NCBI GenBank assembly: GCA_015660915.1
Contig: JACTTZ010000003.1
Location: 4,479 to 68,478 of the forward strand
DNA: 64,000 bases
Origin: Methanomicrobia archaeon
GTDB lineage: Archaea; Halobacteriota; Bog-38; Methanoflorentales; Methanoflorentaceae
Reading direction: 5' to 3'
Positions 36,075-46,067 of this stretch are shown in pieces. The notes beneath the pieces were generated by a model that had not been told where the DNA came from, searched no databases, and saw only the letters and a program-made list of their open reading frames with translations. How positions within the stretch are numbered: position 1 is the first letter of the stretch; every line of letters starts with the position of its first letter. Position numbers and translations under genes: made by a program.

Positions 36075-36962
36075 ATGGATATACTTTTAGCCGAGTACGC
36101 AAGCGCAATGGTGCCCAGCCTCGCAGAAGAGGGGCGTGCGATGTTACACACGCTCGAAGCAGGCTTTCAAAAATGCGGGCACTCCGTGCACGTGCCATGG
36201 CTGCAGAAGGGCGACGCCAGCGCTTTTTATGCGCAGATAGAGCGACTTGCACGAACGTGTGACGCGGGACTCGTCATCGCTCCCGACTACCTCCTTCACG
36301 ATCTTACTGCGCTTATTGAACGACACACGACGAATCTCGGGTGTCCCGCAGAGGCAGTCCAGAAAGCGGCTGACAAACTCGCCGCGTCTGTGGTTCTTTC
36401 GCAAGGATCGCTGACCGTTCCTGAAATAAACCCCCCTACAGGCCCATATGTGTTAAAGCCACGCGAGGGCTGTGGCGCAGAGGGAATTCACATCGTCGAA
36501 ACGTTCGAAGCAAACGGCATCGACGAGAACACGTTCGTCTCGAGGTTCGTCACTGGAGATCACATCAGCGTCAGTCTTATCATCGGAAGAACTGTGCTCC
36601 CTCTATCGATCAACAAGCAGCATATTCGCATCGATGAGACTATCCATTATCTAGGTAACACGACACCGTATTCCGTTCCGAACGCGAGCGAAGTCATCGA
36701 TCAGGCCTCGAGAGCCGCGCAGTTGCTGGGGTGCGAAGGGTACGTCGGCGTTGACATCGTGTTGCAGTCCGACGGCGTCGTGAATATCGTCGATGTGAAT
36801 CCGCGTCCGACGACGGCGATAGTAAGCGTCGACAAGGTGATCGGCAACGTAGCGGATCTAATTCTCAAAGCGCGATTAGGAGAAGAATTGCCAACGGTTC
36901 TGAAACCGCACGGCATACACACTTTCTTAAGAACCAGCTGCGGCAGCAACCGCCTTCTTTAA
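36075..36962 (+). CDS. mfnD: ATP-grasp protein, probable tyramine--L-glutamate ligase (methanofuran)
   Basis: EG.AML, VIAP, KP.EGCG, GYVGVD, DVNPRPTT; adjacent to mfnF. Confidence 0.8.
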   Translation: MDILLAEYASAMVPSLAEEGRAMLHTLEAGFQKCGHSVHVPWLQKGDASAFYAQIERLARTCDAGLVIAPDYLLHDLTALIERHTTNLGCPAEAVQKAADKLAASVVLSQGSLTVPEINPPTGPYVLKPREGCGAEGIHIVETFEANGIDENTFVSRFVTGDHISVSLIIGRTVLPLSINKQHIRIDETIHYLGNTTPYSVPNASEVIDQASRAAQLLGCEGYVGVDIVLQSDGVVNIVDVNPRPTTAIVSVDKVIGNVADLILKARLGEELPTVLKPHGIHTFLRTSCGSNRLL

Positions 36963-36968
36963 ACTGCT

Positions 36969-37946
36969 ATGACCCAAGGCGAAACAATCGGAATCGACAT
37001 CGGTGGAGCAAACACAAAAGTAGCCTCTACCAGCGGGACCGCGAGAAGCTTTTATATGCCCCTATGGAGGGAGAACGACCTCGCGGGCTTGTTGAAGAGC
37101 GTGAAAGACGAGTTTCGACCGGAGCGCGTGGGGATCGTGATTACAGGCGAATTAGCCGACGCTTTTACCAGCAAGAAAGAAGGGATTTGCTCAATAGCGT
37201 CTGCTGTCAACTCAGTCTTTACGAAGCCGTGCTATCTAAACATTCGCGGGCAGCTTACGCCTGCCATCGCAGAGAGAGACGCGCTTTTATACGCTGCGTC
37301 AAACTGGACGGCCTCGGCCGCCTTTCTTGCAAAAAGTTCCCAAGATTGCATATTCGCAGACGTAGGGAGCACAACAAGCGACGTCATTCCTATAAAGAAT
37401 GGCAAGCCGGTCACCCTGATGACCGACTTTGAACGGTTGCGGGAGCACGAACTCATCTACATGGGTGTGCTGAGAACCAACATCGCGGCCCTTTTGCGCT
37501 TTGTCAACCTTAATGGCAAGAAGTACAGGCTCTGCTCAGAACTGTTCACCATCACCGCAGACGCGCACCGCATTCTAGGAAACATCGATGAGTCGGATTA
37601 CACTTGTGACACGCCAGATTCTCAATCACGCAATCTTGAAGCATGTTATCGAAGAATCTCGCGACTCGTGCTTTGTGACGTAGACGAGCTTGGCAGGCAA
37701 AATGCACACGAAGTTGCCAAGCAGGTGGAGCGAACCCAGATCAATGACCTTGCCGACGCACTCGCGTTTCAGGCACGAAAATTCGAGTTAAACACGGTCA
37801 TCGGCGCAGGTCTCGGCGAGTTTCTCGTAGCCAAGGCTGCCTTGAAGGCACAACTTGAATGTCGATTGCTCTCGCGGCAATACGGCCGCGAGCTTTCGAA
37901 CATGTTCCCGGCATTTGCGGTTGCACAGTTGGTCCAACACGCGTAG
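36969..37946 (+). CDS. mfnF: Hydantoinase/oxoprolinase-family methanofuran synthase MfnF
   Basis: GIDIGGANTK, TGELADAF, AASNW, DVGSTTSD, TPD, PAFAVA. Confidence 0.85.
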   Translation: MTQGETIGIDIGGANTKVASTSGTARSFYMPLWRENDLAGLLKSVKDEFRPERVGIVITGELADAFTSKKEGICSIASAVNSVFTKPCYLNIRGQLTPAIAERDALLYAASNWTASAAFLAKSSQDCIFADVGSTTSDVIPIKNGKPVTLMTDFERLREHELIYMGVLRTNIAALLRFVNLNGKKYRLCSELFTITADAHRILGNIDESDYTCDTPDSQSRNLEACYRRISRLVLCDVDELGRQNAHEVAKQVERTQINDLADALAFQARKFELNTVIGAGLGEFLVAKAALKAQLECRLLSRQYGRELSNMFPAFAVAQLVQHA

Positions 37947-38159
37947 CTTACTGCAAACGAATCAGTCTCGAACCGCCACTAACCTCAAAACTGCCTGCAT
38001 CCTCTTGACTCGTGCTTCCCTTAAAGAGTTCTTTTTTTAACTTCAGCATCGAAACGCCGTTTGTCGAAGCGTTGTCGTGTATGCATATGTGTGACAAACA
38101 AATGTACTCACGCGGCCTTATACCGTTTTTTGCCTTTCTTGGACCTAGAGGCAACGATC

Positions 38160-38333
38160 ATGGTGACAACGGATACAGGGTGCTACTACGGCGTTCACTT
38201 TGGATGCCTCTGCGCCGCGCGCGATCCCAACTGTCGACGCTGCGCAGAACGCCTCACAAACGCAGTGAATTACTCACTGCAACCGGGTGGAAGCACAGTC
38301 GACGCACCACGCACGGAAAATGCGTCGTGTTGA
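38160..38333 (+). CDS. Small 4-Cys protein, copy 1
   Basis: CYYGVHFGC..A.DPNCRRCAERLTNAVN; paralogue at 48576. Confidence 0.65.
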   Translation: MVTTDTGCYYGVHFGCLCAARDPNCRRCAERLTNAVNYSLQPGGSTVDAPRTENASC

Positions 38334-38382
38334 CGCTGCCACAGAATGTACGGCAAAATAGGAAGCAAGGCAAAACGAGGAG

Positions 38383-39663
38383 ATGACGATGTCAGGCGTG
38401 TTGTCCGTTTCGAACGCTTATGATGGAGCATCGCCCCTGAACAGCTTGGAAACTGTCATACAAAAGCTCAGCGAATTCGGGCTCAGCGAAAAGGAAGCAC
38501 AGCTTTACGTGTACTTGCTGAAGTATGGTCCAAAGCGCGCAGGGGATCTTGCGCGGTCTCTGAAAACGTATCGTCTAGGGGTCTATCGAAAACTAGCAGG
38601 CCTCATCGATAAGGCGCTTGTGACCACAAAGAGAGCGAGCCCCGCCGTGTATACAGCGGTGGACCTTGCCGAAGCGCTTGACGCCGTAATAGCCTCCCGC
38701 CAGCGCGAGCTTCGCTTAGTAGAGGACATTAAGAGCGATCTAGTCGCCCTTGTGAACGGCAGGCACCCGCTGGCAGCCGACGACTCTCTTCCAACAACGC
38801 TTGCGAATGGCGACGAGCAAGTGCTCGTACAACTGTTGAGCGTATTCGGACTTAGCGATAAGGAGGCGCAGCTCTACGTGCACCTTCTTAAGTACGGTCC
38901 GAAGCGCGCGGGGGATCTTGCGCGGTCGCTCAAGACGTACCGTGAAGACGTGTACCGGAGGTGTGCGCGATTGATTGACGAAGGTATGATAGTGAAAGGC
39001 GTAAAGGATAAGGCACGCTACGCACCAGTCGAGCTAGATCAAGCTCTTGACGGCGCGCTCAGGGCCCACCAGAACGAGCTTCGCCGCTTAGAAAGGGCCA
39101 AGCAGGAGCTAATCGAAGAGACGAACGTCATCCTCAACAGAGGATCGAGCAGCGCTCCCGAGTTCAAGAATCTTGACACTGTCGGGGAAGTAGTCACTGC
39201 AATCTCGCAGCTCATTAACTCGGCAGAGACTTCCATTATCTTCGCTGCACATCAACGATTCAGCCCCCTATCAATGGGGGGCTTCTTGGATCACCTAAAA
39301 TGTGCCATTGGGCGCGACGTGCGTGTCCGTGGTGTGCTTGATATCTCGCCTAGGAATTCTTCTGCGGGGCGCGCGTATATAAGCTGTGGCGTTGAACTGC
39401 GGAATATAAACCCGTACAAAGGCATCACGATGGTTATGGCCGACCGCAAGCAGAGCGTCAGCCTCATCCACGCCGATATGAAGAGCGCTTTTTCGTTGGA
39501 TGAAAAAGTCGCGGCAATATGGAGCAACAGCGTTGCGCAATCAGAATTCCTTACTAGCGCGTTTGAGACGGCCTGGGAACAAGCCGTTGGCGCGGAAGAA
39601 TACTTGAATAAGCTACTGCGGCAAGAACGTCCATCACTAGAGTCCGCCCCAACCACCTACTAG
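38383..39663 (+). CDS. TrmB-family regulator with two tandem HTH modules
   Basis: FGLS.KEAQLYV.LLKYGPKRAGDLARSLKTYR twice, then effector domain. Confidence 0.9.
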   Translation: MTMSGVLSVSNAYDGASPLNSLETVIQKLSEFGLSEKEAQLYVYLLKYGPKRAGDLARSLKTYRLGVYRKLAGLIDKALVTTKRASPAVYTAVDLAEALDAVIASRQRELRLVEDIKSDLVALVNGRHPLAADDSLPTTLANGDEQVLVQLLSVFGLSDKEAQLYVHLLKYGPKRAGDLARSLKTYREDVYRRCARLIDEGMIVKGVKDKARYAPVELDQALDGALRAHQNELRRLERAKQELIEETNVILNRGSSSAPEFKNLDTVGEVVTAISQLINSAETSIIFAAHQRFSPLSMGGFLDHLKCAIGRDVRVRGVLDISPRNSSAGRAYISCGVELRNINPYKGITMVMADRKQSVSLIHADMKSAFSLDEKVAAIWSNSVAQSEFLTSAFETAWEQAVGAEEYLNKLLRQERPSLESAPTTY

Positions 39664-39763
39664 GACGCTTCAACTTAGGCACTGATATGTGACTGAACGA
39701 GAACACTATTTGCTTACTACAGCGAATTCTGCACACCACTATGTGTTTCTCAGCAGTTTGCTT

Positions 39764-39859
39764 TTGCTTGCTGAGACGTTCGAAATGTTGTGAAAACAGT
39801 CAGTTCCAGCGGCAGAGCGGATTCAAGAGCTATTAGAACGAGGGCCGCCGCAGACGTGA
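39764..39859 (+). pseudogene. TrmB-family 3'-end remnant
   Basis: LLAETFEML*KQSVPAAERIQELLERGPPQT*. Confidence 0.75.
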
Positions 39860-39995
39860 AGCACGAGCGAGGGCACTTGGCAACGAGAACGCATAATGTT
39901 GCGTGCCGCTCACTTAGACTCAGCTCCTAGCATAGCCCACATGAAGGAAATGATGTCACGCAACTTTATAAACCCCTAATCATTTCTCTTTCTTA

Positions 39996-40454
39996 ATGGT
40001 TAAAGAAACAATTATTGAAACTGTGAAAGATGCCATAGCAGTGACTTCGACTATAGTAGAATCTGCAGAGAGAGAGCTCGCCTGGCTTCTTCCAGCGCCT
40101 ATGTTGGTGATGGGCGCGCAATACAACATTCAATCGAAAGGCCTGATACAAAAAGGTGGACGAGTGCGCGGAATAACCACGATCTCATCACCATATGTCG
40201 AAACCGTACGCGAACTCCTCGACACGGGCGTAGACGTGCGTCATCTTGAAAACTACACGGGCTCGTTTATGCTCGTCGCAGACAAAAGCCAAAGCATTAG
40301 TTCGATTCACCTCAACGTCGAAGATCTCTCACTTGATGACAAGATCGTTGCATTCTGGACTGATGATGCTGACTACGCCGAGTACCTGCTTGCAAACTTC
40401 GAAACGGTCTGGGCAGAAAGTACTGATGCGCAAAAGCGGATCCACGAATTTTAG
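39996..40454 (+). CDS. Stand-alone TrmB effector-binding domain (no HTH)
   Basis: Paralogue of 21672-22169; CAACTTTATAAA box upstream. Confidence 0.85.
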   Translation: MVKETIIETVKDAIAVTSTIVESAERELAWLLPAPMLVMGAQYNIQSKGLIQKGGRVRGITTISSPYVETVRELLDTGVDVRHLENYTGSFMLVADKSQSISSIHLNVEDLSLDDKIVAFWTDDADYAEYLLANFETVWAESTDAQKRIHEF

Positions 40455-40806
40455 AGAAAGATCCCGACAAATAGAGCGCACGGAGCGCAAGCAGCTCCAC
40501 GCTGATCAAGCTATTTCATATGCTAGTTCTAAGACTTGCTGCGACCCGTGTTAGACCATGTTTTACAAAAACACTCGGCATTCGGATAATTTCGCCAACA
40601 GGTGGAGTTTAACTAATAAGGAGCTATCCTAACCCGCCCCGCGAGTTTGCGGGACTCAGATGATGATTTGACAATTATTCTCATTATTATTTTGATAATT
40701 CCATTAGCCTAGCATAATCACACAACGAAAGAAGAGCTCAAGCGGCCCTTAGAACGATCAGACGTCTGTATGACAAAATAAAACAGTATGGGCTAAAACT
40801 AAGACG

Positions 40807-40828
40807 GCAACTTTTATCTACGCCCTAT
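40807..40828 (+). promoter_or_regulatory. BRE/TATA conserved between two trmB genes
   Basis: GCAACTTTTATCTACGnCCTAT here and at 43303-43324. Confidence 0.65.
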
Positions 40829-40842
40829 CATATCTTTTTGTG

Positions 40843-41679
40843 ATGGACGATGACGCGGAATTTATTACTCGTCTGATCGGCTTCGGGCTTAGTGAAAAGG
40901 AGGCACAGACCTATCTTCACTTGCTCAAGTACGGTCCCAAGACGCCCTCGCCGCTCGCGAAGTCACTCAAGACATACCGTGAAGACGTGCACCGGACGCT
41001 CACCAGTCTCATCGAAAAGGGTATGGTGCGCCCCTCACTCGACGCTCCAACGATCTACGCCGCAGTGAACGTCGACACCGCTCTCGCGGCTGCGCTCAAA
41101 AAGCACGAGAGCGAGCTGCACGAGATGGAAGCGCGAAAACGAGAGCTCGAGGAGCTCTCAGAGCGACAGCGTTTTCCGAGCTCAGACGAGCATGCCACTT
41201 TCAAGATTATCAAGAGCGTCAAGGAAGTCGTCGCTGCTGCCTCAACTCTCATATCCTCTGCAAAAAACGGATTCTTGTACATCGTTCCCTCTGAAATGCT
41301 CGTTATCACCTCTTTGCTAGGGGTAAACGCAGAAGCCGAAAAGCTCATAGAGCGAGGGGGGTATATTAGGGGAATTAGTGAAGTTAAGTATGCGGATATA
41401 GCGCCCGCTCAAGAGGTCCTGGACATTGGCGAAGAATTGCGGCACTATGACAGTTATGGGGGGATATATTTCGCGGTAGTAGATAGCAAGCAAAGCGTTA
41501 GCGCGATCAACGTCGATATCAACCGGATCTCACTGAATGAACCCGTTTCACTGCTCTGGACCGATGATCCGACTTACGCTAAATATCTCACAGCTACCTT
41601 TGACACGTTGTGGGAACAATCCATCCCCGCGAGCGAGCAAATCGAGAAACTTCTGCTACGAGGACCTCCGAAAGCCTAA
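40843..41679 (+). CDS. TrmB-family transcriptional regulator
   Basis: FGLSEKEAQTYLHLLKYGP..YREDVHRTL..LIEKGMV, coiled coil, effector domain. Confidence 0.92.
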   Translation: MDDDAEFITRLIGFGLSEKEAQTYLHLLKYGPKTPSPLAKSLKTYREDVHRTLTSLIEKGMVRPSLDAPTIYAAVNVDTALAAALKKHESELHEMEARKRELEELSERQRFPSSDEHATFKIIKSVKEVVAAASTLISSAKNGFLYIVPSEMLVITSLLGVNAEAEKLIERGGYIRGISEVKYADIAPAQEVLDIGEELRHYDSYGGIYFAVVDSKQSVSAINVDINRISLNEPVSLLWTDDPTYAKYLTATFDTLWEQSIPASEQIEKLLLRGPPKA

Positions 41680-41800
41680 GCGAGCCTTGCGCCACATCCT
41701 TGCTGCCTCCGTTAGTCAGCATCGTCAGAAATGAGGTTGAGCGACGCAACGGCGTCACAGGTTAATAAGCTCCGAGAGCCTCATCAGCACAGGTGTAAAC

Positions 41801-43018
41801 ATGAGGGACGAGTATGACGTCATTGTGGTCGGGGCGGGTCCAGGAGGGTCTACTGCAGCACGCACCGCTGCCGAGACGTGCGATGTGCTGCTGATTGAAA
41901 AGCGTCAGGAGATCGGTGCGCCGGTGCGCTGCGCAGAGGCAGTTCTTAAGAGCGCGTTAGTAGGATTAGTGTACCCAGATAAGAAGTGGATTTCGAGCTA
42001 CATCCGTAGGTACCGAATCTTCGCTCCTGATGGCACGATGCTTGACATATCGGCGGAAGCGATGGGCATTGAGGGCGAGCTCGCGTACATCCTTGAACGC
42101 AAGATTTTCGATCGCGAGCTCGCGAAAGACGCGGCGCGGGCCGGTGCTGACGTCATGGTGCGCACCCGCGCTACGGGGCTCATCATAGAAGACGGGGTAG
42201 TGAACGGCGTGAAAATCAAAAGGCTTGGAGAGAGTCTCGAGGTACGCTCAAAGGTCGTGATAGGTGCAGATGGCGTGGAGTCACAGGTCGGCCGATGGGC
42301 TGGGATCAATACTGCGTTTAAGCTCAAAGACGTTGGGATCGGCGTTCAGTACCTAATGACTAATGTCGATGTGGCAGAAGACTCTTGCGACGTCTACGTC
42401 GGCTCGCGAGCAGCGGGAGGCTATGCTTGGGTTTTTCCTAAGGGCGAAAAACTAGCAAACGTAGGGCTTGGTATGCCAGCGAGCATGCTAAACGGGAGCA
42501 AGCCGATAGATTATTTGAACAAGTTTGTCTCGAAACAGTTTCCGGAGGGACAGCAGCTTGGCCTTATCATGGGAAGTGGTCCCTCCAGCGATGAGCTCAA
42601 AACTGTAATATGCAACGGACTGATGCTGGTAGGTGACGCCGCACACCATTGCGATCCTCTGAGCGGTGGCGGTATTACTAACGCAATGGAAGGCGGAAAA
42701 ATAGCAGGCAACGTTGCGAGCAAAGCAGTGCAGCAACGAGACTCTTCAGTTCGCGTTCTTAAGGAATATGAAGATACGCGGCGTGGATCGCTTTTCGGTA
42801 AGCTACAAAAACACAACTACAGAATCAAAGAGTTTGTAGTAACCTTGTCTGATAATGAGCTAAGCAAGCTTATACGGTCATTGAAGGGCATAAGACCGCA
42901 AGAGATCAATTTTGCAAGCGTCGTGCGCTTAGTTGCAGCGAATCCGAAGGTCCTGCTTGTTATGCACGATCTGGCGCGTTTGAAAGAGCTTGCAGACGCG
43001 CTAACGGAGAAACGTTAA
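41801..43018 (+). CDS. Geranylgeranyl reductase family (DGGGPL reductase-like)
   Basis: VVGAGPGG, PVRCAE, RKIFD, GADG, GGYAWVFPK, GDAA..DPLSGGGI. Confidence 0.92.
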   Translation: MRDEYDVIVVGAGPGGSTAARTAAETCDVLLIEKRQEIGAPVRCAEAVLKSALVGLVYPDKKWISSYIRRYRIFAPDGTMLDISAEAMGIEGELAYILERKIFDRELAKDAARAGADVMVRTRATGLIIEDGVVNGVKIKRLGESLEVRSKVVIGADGVESQVGRWAGINTAFKLKDVGIGVQYLMTNVDVAEDSCDVYVGSRAAGGYAWVFPKGEKLANVGLGMPASMLNGSKPIDYLNKFVSKQFPEGQQLGLIMGSGPSSDELKTVICNGLMLVGDAAHHCDPLSGGGITNAMEGGKIAGNVASKAVQQRDSSVRVLKEYEDTRRGSLFGKLQKHNYRIKEFVVTLSDNELSKLIRSLKGIRPQEINFASVVRLVAANPKVLLVMHDLARLKELADALTEKR

Positions 43019-43340
43019 ACGCTCTACGACAACGGCCTGTGTACGACTGCCGAAAGCACTTTGCGCCTTATTTTGAAATGTAGGCAATGCTGAGGCCCCT
43101 GATAATAAAATTCTCGAGCGTTCTCGAGCAACCCCCTATGACCGAGTGTCTGGTTGATCTGGCATTTATTCTCGTCCCGTTGCTGATAAGGCCCCTTGGC
43201 CAAGCATACCCTAAAGAACGAAAGCAGAGCGTAAGACGTGTTTTCCCGGAACGATTAGATATCTAATTGATCTAACAAATCAACAGTATACAATCAAACA
43301 AAGCAACTTTTATCTACGGCCTATTATCATGCTTTGTTGC

Positions 43341-44174
43341 ATGGATGACGAAGCAGAGTTTGTAACTCGTCTGATCGGCTTCGGGCTTAGCGAAAAGGAA
43401 GCACAGACCTACCTTTATTTGCTCAAGTACGGCCCCAAGACCCCTTCTCCCCTCGCAAAATCCTTGAAGACATACCGTGAGGACGTGCACCGCACACTTA
43501 CTAGTCTCATCGAGAAGGGCATGGTACGTCCGTCGCTCGACGCGCCAACGATCTATGCGGCGGTGGACCTCGACACTGCCATTGACTCTGCAGTAAAAAA
43601 GCACGAAAGTGAACTGCGTGAGATGGAAGTGCGAAAGCAGGAGCTTCACGAGCTTTCAGAGCGGCAGCGGTTCAGACCTTCTGACGAAGTCTCGACGTTC
43701 AAAATCGTTAAAAGCATGAAGGAACTCATTAGTATCTCTGTCCCCGTCGCAGCTGCATGCCAAAATGAATTCGTTATAGTAACTCCTGAAGAAATGATCG
43801 GTATCGCTTCGCTGTTCGTATTAGACGAAGTCGAGAAGATGATAGGGCGCGGAGTGAGCTTCAGAATGCTGACCGATATATCGTACTCCGGAATTGAGTT
43901 AATTAAAGAAGCGTTGCAAGTTGGGGAGGAGGTACGCCACTTACACGAATATCACGGGGTGTATTTGGCTGTACTGGACAGAAAAACTTGTTGGCACGGT
44001 ATTAACATGGATATCAAGCATATCTCGCTCAATCAACCCGTTGCAGTACTCTTTACCGATGATCCTAACTACGCTCAATACCTGTTAGCCACTTTTGAAA
44101 TGCTGTGGAAACAGTCAATTCCCGCCGAACAGCGAATTGAAGAACTACAAAAACAAGGCCCACCACCGGTTTGA
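43341..44174 (+). CDS. TrmB-family transcriptional regulator
   Basis: HTH nearly identical to 40843-41679, divergent effector domain. Confidence 0.92.
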   Translation: MDDEAEFVTRLIGFGLSEKEAQTYLYLLKYGPKTPSPLAKSLKTYREDVHRTLTSLIEKGMVRPSLDAPTIYAAVDLDTAIDSAVKKHESELREMEVRKQELHELSERQRFRPSDEVSTFKIVKSMKELISISVPVAAACQNEFVIVTPEEMIGIASLFVLDEVEKMIGRGVSFRMLTDISYSGIELIKEALQVGEEVRHLHEYHGVYLAVLDRKTCWHGINMDIKHISLNQPVAVLFTDDPNYAQYLLATFEMLWKQSIPAEQRIEELQKQGPPPV

Positions 44175-44206
44175 CTGGCTTGCTGCGCAGCATCTACAAA
44201 GTAAAG

Positions 44207-45184
44207 TCACCTGTCGTTTTTCAGCACGTGCAAGTAGTAGCACGCAATCTGCCTTCGCACGCTTGTGGGCATCAGCAATAACTGCGGAAGATGTCTGACG
44301 ACGTCAAACGGAAGGACCTTGTTGATAGCTCTCGCAAAAGTAGCATGATTGAAGTAGTGGCGCGCATTGGATTCCTGCGCCTCCAAGGACGGAAGAACAT
44401 ACGTCGATAGATCCTGAGCTATAACGATTGAGAACTCCTTTCGCATAGCATCCTCAACGTTGTCAATGCGTTCAAACGTTTCAAGCACAGAGCCTCTGTA
44501 AATGAGCTTCCACATGGTTTTTTCCGACTCACTCAGCGGGATTGCGCGATTTCTCGTGTACGGGTCAAAAATAATGAAAAAGCCACCCTTTGTTAATTTC
44601 TTCTTCACCTCACGCAGGACTTCTAATTTCTGAGTCGAGTAACACAAGGCCTCAATGACAAAGACGATATCGTACGAATTACCCTTGAACTGGCTTAAAT
44701 TATGGTAGTCCCCAAAACAAAAGTGCAAATTTGGTATCGTTGTGAAACTTCTCAAAGGTTTGTTGGAAATATCAATCGCGTCAAAGGCCACGTGAGGGTT
44801 CCGCCTCGCAAGGTATGCGGAGTTGGTACCTAGCCCGTAGCCAAGTTCGAGCACCTTTTTAGCGTTGTTGTCCTGAATATACGTGTCAACTATTCTTGCT
44901 TGTTCCCTGAAATCCCCTTTTTTGCGTTTCCCGTCGTAGCTAATTCCGCAATGGATAAATCCCTCAAAATTCCATGCCAGTCTATAAGAACGTTTGTTCA
45001 TCAGATAATAGTTGATAATTTGTGACTTGTCGCGCGGTGCGTCAATAATACGTGGTATGTCGAATATCTTACGAATCTGCGCAAGATATAACTCAAGATT
45101 ATCATCTTGTTCGACAATATGCTCGCGCGCTGTGGAATCAGTTGTGAATTCAGTGGTTTTGCACTCGGTGGTTTCTTCACCCAT
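44207..45184 (-). CDS. Class I SAM-dependent methyltransferase
   Basis: VLELGYGLG, AIDIS, GDY, SYDIVFVIEALCY, L.KGG.FII.D; upstream FIHCG. Confidence 0.9.
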   Translation of the reverse strand: MGEETTECKTTEFTTDSTAREHIVEQDDNLELYLAQIRKIFDIPRIIDAPRDKSQIINYYLMNKRSYRLAWNFEGFIHCGISYDGKRKKGDFREQARIVDTYIQDNNAKKVLELGYGLGTNSAYLARRNPHVAFDAIDISNKPLRSFTTIPNLHFCFGDYHNLSQFKGNSYDIVFVIEALCYSTQKLEVLREVKKKLTKGGFFIIFDPYTRNRAIPLSESEKTMWKLIYRGSVLETFERIDNVEDAMRKEFSIVIAQDLSTYVLPSLEAQESNARHYFNHATFARAINKVLPFDVVRHLPQLLLMPTSVRRQIACYYLHVLKNDR

Positions 45185-45185
45185 T

Positions 45186-46067
45186 TCACTGGAACCCCCA
45201 GACAGCTACCGTAAGCGCGTAAACAGCGCTGGCGGCCCCCACAAGATAAGGGAAATACAAAGTAAACATAACCAACTGCTTTCTTACGTTTAAAAGGTCT
45301 GGCGCCCTAAGCAGAGATAAGGCAGTAAAGATTCCGATGGCTCCCCAGATTGCTATGGGAATTAAGTACGCGTCGCCCACAACCCTGACAACAAATGGAA
45401 AGGGCGATGTTAAAACGGAAAGAAGCAGAAAAAGGGCGCCAACAATCGCCGCTATACGTATACCGCGCTTGATGGCCAAGGTGGGGTATCCCACTTTCAA
45501 ATCACCGTCCACAGTTAGGACGTCCTTTAGGACGTTCAGGCCGATGGCGGCTGCAGCAATCATCCCAACAAACGAGAGAGCGGCAATATCGATGGTTTTA
45601 AACACGACTGCCCCTGCAAAGAGCGCTATAGTTGCCCCCAAGTATCCCATCACAAGGTTGCTTAAAAACCCAGAAATCCGCTTGAACACGCGCGGATACA
45701 ACAAAAAAAGGACAACGTTAAGCGCGACAATTCCAAAGGCCAGAACGTTGATCGCATACGACGCGAGCAGCCCAGCAAAAAAGGTCAATGCGGAAAACTG
45801 CGCTGCTCTTATGGGAGAGATCCGGTTTGACGGAATAACTCTTTCGGGATGGGTAAGCCAATCCGACTCGCAGTCAAAGTAATCATTGATGGCTGCACCC
45901 CCAGCAACTACGAGCGACACGGTAAGAATGGCTAAAACCATCGAAACTAGATCGCCGAAACCTTTTTGGAACGTTAATATCAAGAGCACGCAGAGAAGGT
46001 CCAGCATAAGAATATAAGGAACCCTGATTAGACTGACATAAGCCTTCAATTTAGCAGCGAATTGCAT
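45186..46067 (-). CDS. UbiA-family prenyltransferase (DGGGP synthase-like, divergent)
   Basis: INDYFD...D...HPER.IPS; second motif KDVLTVDGD..G..TL; multiple TM helices. Confidence 0.88.
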   Translation of the reverse strand: MQFAAKLKAYVSLIRVPYILMLDLLCVLLILTFQKGFGDLVSMVLAILTVSLVVAGGAAINDYFDCESDWLTHPERVIPSNRISPIRAAQFSALTFFAGLLASYAINVLAFGIVALNVVLFLLYPRVFKRISGFLSNLVMGYLGATIALFAGAVVFKTIDIAALSFVGMIAAAAIGLNVLKDVLTVDGDLKVGYPTLAIKRGIRIAAIVGALFLLLSVLTSPFPFVVRVVGDAYLIPIAIWGAIGIFTALSLLRAPDLLNVRKQLVMFTLYFPYLVGAASAVYALTVAVWGFQ

